From Thermacetogeniaceae bacterium (GTDB lineage Bacteria > Bacillota > DSM-12270 > Thermacetogeniales > Thermacetogeniaceae): a stretch of DNA of 27,752 bases. A model generated the notes under the pieces. The model made no database searches. It had not been told where the DNA came from and saw nothing but the letters and a program-made list of their open reading frames with translations. Every line of letters begins with the position of its first letter. Positions within the stretch are counted from its first letter, which is position 1. Positions 25,431 through 27,752 of the stretch are shown here, in pieces. The stretch covers positions 12,380-40,131 of the forward strand of contig JBNATO010000001.1 in assembly GCA_049701555.1 (NCBI GenBank). Reading direction: 5' to 3'. The translations under genes were made by a program, and so were the position numbers.

Positions 25431-26206
25431 GAGAGAGGTTGGGCAAAGTGAGCGGATTAAGAGAGGATCAGCTGAACCGGTATGAGCGCAACATCCTCCT
25501 CAAAGGCATCGGCGCCGAAGGGCAGAAGAGGCTCCTCGACTCCAGCGTTCTGGTGATCGGAGCGGGAGGGCTGGGGTCACCTGTCGCCTATTATTTGGCA
25601 GCAGCGGGGGTCGGGAGGATCGGCCTGATCGACCATGATCAAGTAAACCTATCCAACCTCCAGAGGCAGATCCTCCACTTCACCGAAGACCTCAACAGAA
25701 AAAAGGCCGAATCCGGAGGGGAGAAGATAAAAAAGCTCAACCCGGACATCAGGGTCGACATCTGCTGCGAAAAGTTCGACAAGCGCAACTCTCGCCAGCT
25801 CGTCAGGGATTACGATGTCGTGGTGGACTGCGTCGACGGTCTGGAAGGCAAGTACCTGATCAACGACACCTGCCTCGAGGAGAGAAAGCCCTTTGTCTAT
25901 GGAGCTGTCCGCAGCTTCACCGGGCAGGTCGCGACCTTCATTCCAGGAAAGGGGCCCTGCCTGAGGTGCCTCTTCCCCAAAGACGCCGTGAGCGTCTTCG
26001 TAGACGCGGCGGCATCCGGCGTCTTGGGGACCGTTCCGGGAGTGATCGGCTGCCTACAGGCGACTGAGGTGATCAAAATCCTGTTGAACCTCGGGGATCC
26101 CTTGGTAGGGAACCTGCTCATATACAACGCCCTGTCGATGAGCTTCAGCAAAATGCCTTTCGGGAAAAACCCCGAATGTATCCCAGCCTGCCGCGCCGCA
26201 GACTAG
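25427..26206 (+). CDS. moeB: MoeB/ThiF-family adenylyltransferase (E1-like)
   Basis: RYERNI, VIGAGGLGSP, DHDQVNLSNLQRQ, VVDCVD, PCLRC, GVIGCLQATEVIK. ATGA overlap with the upstream stop. Confidence 0.88.
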   Translation: MRERLGKVSGLREDQLNRYERNILLKGIGAEGQKRLLDSSVLVIGAGGLGSPVAYYLAAAGVGRIGLIDHDQVNLSNLQRQILHFTEDLNRKKAESGGEKIKKLNPDIRVDICCEKFDKRNSRQLVRDYDVVVDCVDGLEGKYLINDTCLEERKPFVYGAVRSFTGQVATFIPGKGPCLRCLFPKDAVSVFVDAAASGVLGTVPGVIGCLQATEVIKILLNLGDPLVGNLLIYNALSMSFSKMPFGKNPECIPACRAAD

Positions 26207-26392
26207 CCCGCCCCGCCGTTTTCAGGGCCTTAGCAGATCGCCGACAAACCGCACCGCTTCATCTGTAAGGCCCACAGCGTCCTGGGCCAACCACCTCAGC
26301 CCCCCAACAGGCCTTTTCCAGCCTCTACCGATAGTTTACCACAGTTCGCCCCAGGTGAAACCAGGCGCCAAAAAGATGCATTTCGTAGATTC

Positions 26393-26425
26393 CGCCGGGA
26401 TCGGCCGATCCCGGCGTTCTCTTTT
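26393..26425 (+). terminator. Probable terminator of the MoxR-MoeB operon
   Basis: Perfect 24-bp palindrome CGCCGGGATCGGCCGATCCCGGCG (26393-26416) followed by TTCTCTTTT. Confidence 0.55.
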
Positions 26426-26577
26426 CCGGGATTCGCCCAGCCTCGCAACCCCAGCCTCATAACCCCTCTCCAGCGGAGCCCTCCCCCGAAATCCCATGTC
26501 CAGCCGAGCCTCCGGAGAACGGCCGCATCCCCGGAATGCATGCCGGGGGCACCCCCGGCATTTCAGCGATGCGTCCT

Positions 26578-26607
26578 TTGCCGCAGGGGAATCCCCGGGC
26601 TTACAAT
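26578..26607 (+). promoter_or_regulatory. Putative sigmaA promoter of the DUF1659 operon
   Basis: TTGCCG-N18-TACAAT, 45 bp before ATG 26653. Confidence 0.4.
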
Positions 26608-26652
26608 GGTGGCAACAAGGGGATATCCCCGGGAAGGAGAGGAGGTGAAAAA

Positions 26653-26877
26653 ATGGCAGTAAACGCCGTGCCCGTGAGCTCGACCCTGCAGATCGTCGTC
26701 CAGACCGGAACAGACGCCAACGGCAACCCGGTCCTGCGCACCCGCTCCTACCGCAACGTCAAGGTAGAGGCCACAGACGAGGATGTGCACGCCGTCGGAG
26801 AGGCCCTGGCAGCTCTGCAGTCAAACCCTGTCAACGCCATCCAGAGGGTGAACGAGCTGGAGCTTGTGGCGGTCTAA
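26653..26877 (+). CDS. DUF1659-family protein
   Basis: 74 aa from ATG 26653 (RBS GGAGGTG); [30 protein letters not shown] pattern, recognised from memory. Confidence 0.8.
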   Translation: MAVNAVPVSSTLQIVVQTGTDANGNPVLRTRSYRNVKVEATDEDVHAVGEALAALQSNPVNAIQRVNELELVAV

Positions 26878-26916
26878 GCGGGAAAGCGCACTAAAGGCGA
26901 AAGGAGGTGAAGAAGG

Positions 26917-27138
26917 ATGCTCACCAGGACGCTCGTGCTGATCTTCCAGACAGCAGGAGGGGGGAGGCTGCGGATCTCCATACCAGACCCCAAGCCTGAC
27001 CTCACCGCACAGGAGGTAAACGCTGCGATGAACGCCGTATTAGCGAAGAACATCTTCGCTACGAGCACAGGCAACGCGACGGCGATCCTCGGAGCTCAGA
27101 TCGTCAGCCGCGAGACAACCGACGTGATCTCCGTCTAA
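26917..27138 (+). CDS. DUF2922-family protein
   Basis: 73 aa; TLVLIFQT.GG..LRISI.DPKPDLT..EV..AM..V.AKNIF; RBS AAGGAGGTG. Confidence 0.8.
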   Translation: MLTRTLVLIFQTAGGGRLRISIPDPKPDLTAQEVNAAMNAVLAKNIFATSTGNATAILGAQIVSRETTDVISV

Positions 27139-27260
27139 GCGAGAGGCCCGCCGGTCGAGCTGCTCATCCACCAGGGAGGCCGGCGGGCTCCCCCTTTTGA
27201 GAGCCTAGCGAGCCGCCTCAGGCTCGGTGACCATCATAACAGCTGAAAGGAGGGAGCTAA

Positions 27261-27434
27261 ATGCAGGACATCCTGGTGCAGATAGGCAACTACGGCTTCC
27301 CGATGGTCGTGGCTGTCTACCTGCTGGTGCGTGTGGAAAAGAAGCTCGACGCCCTGACCGCCGCCATCAGCCGCCTGGAGCAGGTGCTGGCGAGCTTTCT
27401 GAGATCGCCGCTGCAAGGCGAACCACCTGCCTGA
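27261..27434 (+). CDS. yvrJ: YvrJ-family small membrane protein
   Basis: Not in the ORF track. Manual translation: MQDILVQIGNYGFPMVVAVYLLVRVEKKLDALTAAISRLEQVLASFLRSPLQGEPPA; RBS AAAGGAGG. Confidence 0.85.
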   Translation: MQDILVQIGNYGFPMVVAVYLLVRVEKKLDALTAAISRLEQVLASFLRSPLQGEPPA

Positions 27435-27511
27435 AGCGAAGCCGTTGCCGCAGGCTGCGGAGATGCCCGCAGAGGAGCGGCCCTTGAACAAATTGTCAGG
27501 AGGCGAAGGAT

Positions 27512-27752
27512 ATGGCCCAAACCAGATGGACGCACATCATCGTCCACCACACCGGGGCTGAGGAAAAGGACGCCGAGCAGGTGCGGCGCTACCACCTCTC
27601 CCTGGGATGGCGGGACATCGGCTATCACTACGTTATCGAGCGCGACGGGAGAGTCGTCCCCGGGAGGAGCCTCGACCAGCCGGGGGCGCACTGCAGGGCT
27701 GCAGGGATGAACACCAGGGGGATCGGGGTGGCGGTCCTGGGGAACCTCAACC
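27512..27752 (+). CDS. N-acetylmuramoyl-L-alanine amidase (Amidase_2 / PGRP / T7-lysozyme type); 5' part, runs off the window edge
   Basis: Manual translation: [16 protein letters not shown]...[20 protein letters not shown]...GAHC...[12 protein letters not shown]; RBS AGGAGG. Confidence 0.9.
   Translation, partial: MAQTRWTHIIVHHTGAEEKDAEQVRRYHLSLGWRDIGYHYVIERDGRVVPGRSLDQPGAHCRAAGMNTRGIGVAVLGNLN

Noticed and set aside
27146-27199. GCCCGCCGG...CCGGCGGGC dyad after the DUF2922 gene as a terminator
   Set aside because: The loop is over 20 nt and the T-run is short and offset; too weak to call.

Overview
Window from a moderately GC-rich, probably spore-forming anaerobic Bacillota (Clostridia-like) chromosome. 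The taxon is inferred from the GGAGG ribosome-binding sites and the GerMN, YvrJ and DUF1659/DUF2922 genes. Left (1-5515, minus): the start of a surface-polysaccharide locus (CpsB/CapC phosphatase, Wzz/CapA, CapD-type dehydratase, partial nucleotide-sugar dehydrogenase) and a SEC-C/TPR orphan. 5894-7896 (plus): a GerMN lipoprotein, an FNR-like regulator, and a stand-alone siroheme/[4Fe-4S] reductase domain behind an FNR box at -41.5. The core (7922-26206) is a sigma54-controlled anaerobic catabolic island. A leftward eight-gene operon encodes a glycyl radical enzyme (GRE) with an unusual CGCVD Cys loop, a DUF6282-like metal hydrolase, a three-subunit W/Mo aldehyde oxidoreductase (Fe-S, AOR, FAD), an AceTr/SatP-type channel, the GRE activase, and a PreA/DHODH-like flavoenzyme lacking the catalytic Cys. 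A GAF-GAF-PAS kinase and an NtrC-type activator flank this operon. A second sigma54 promoter drives a rightward operon: MoxR AAA+, a split VWA/CoxE gene, a MoaD-like protein ending in Gly-Ala, and a MoeB-like protein. I know no characterised pathway with this gene set, so it is the best candidate for an undescribed system; the substrate cannot be read from sequence. Right end: a DUF1659-DUF2922-YvrJ-amidase cluster, truncated by the window. Family calls come from motif recognition only; no database searches were run.
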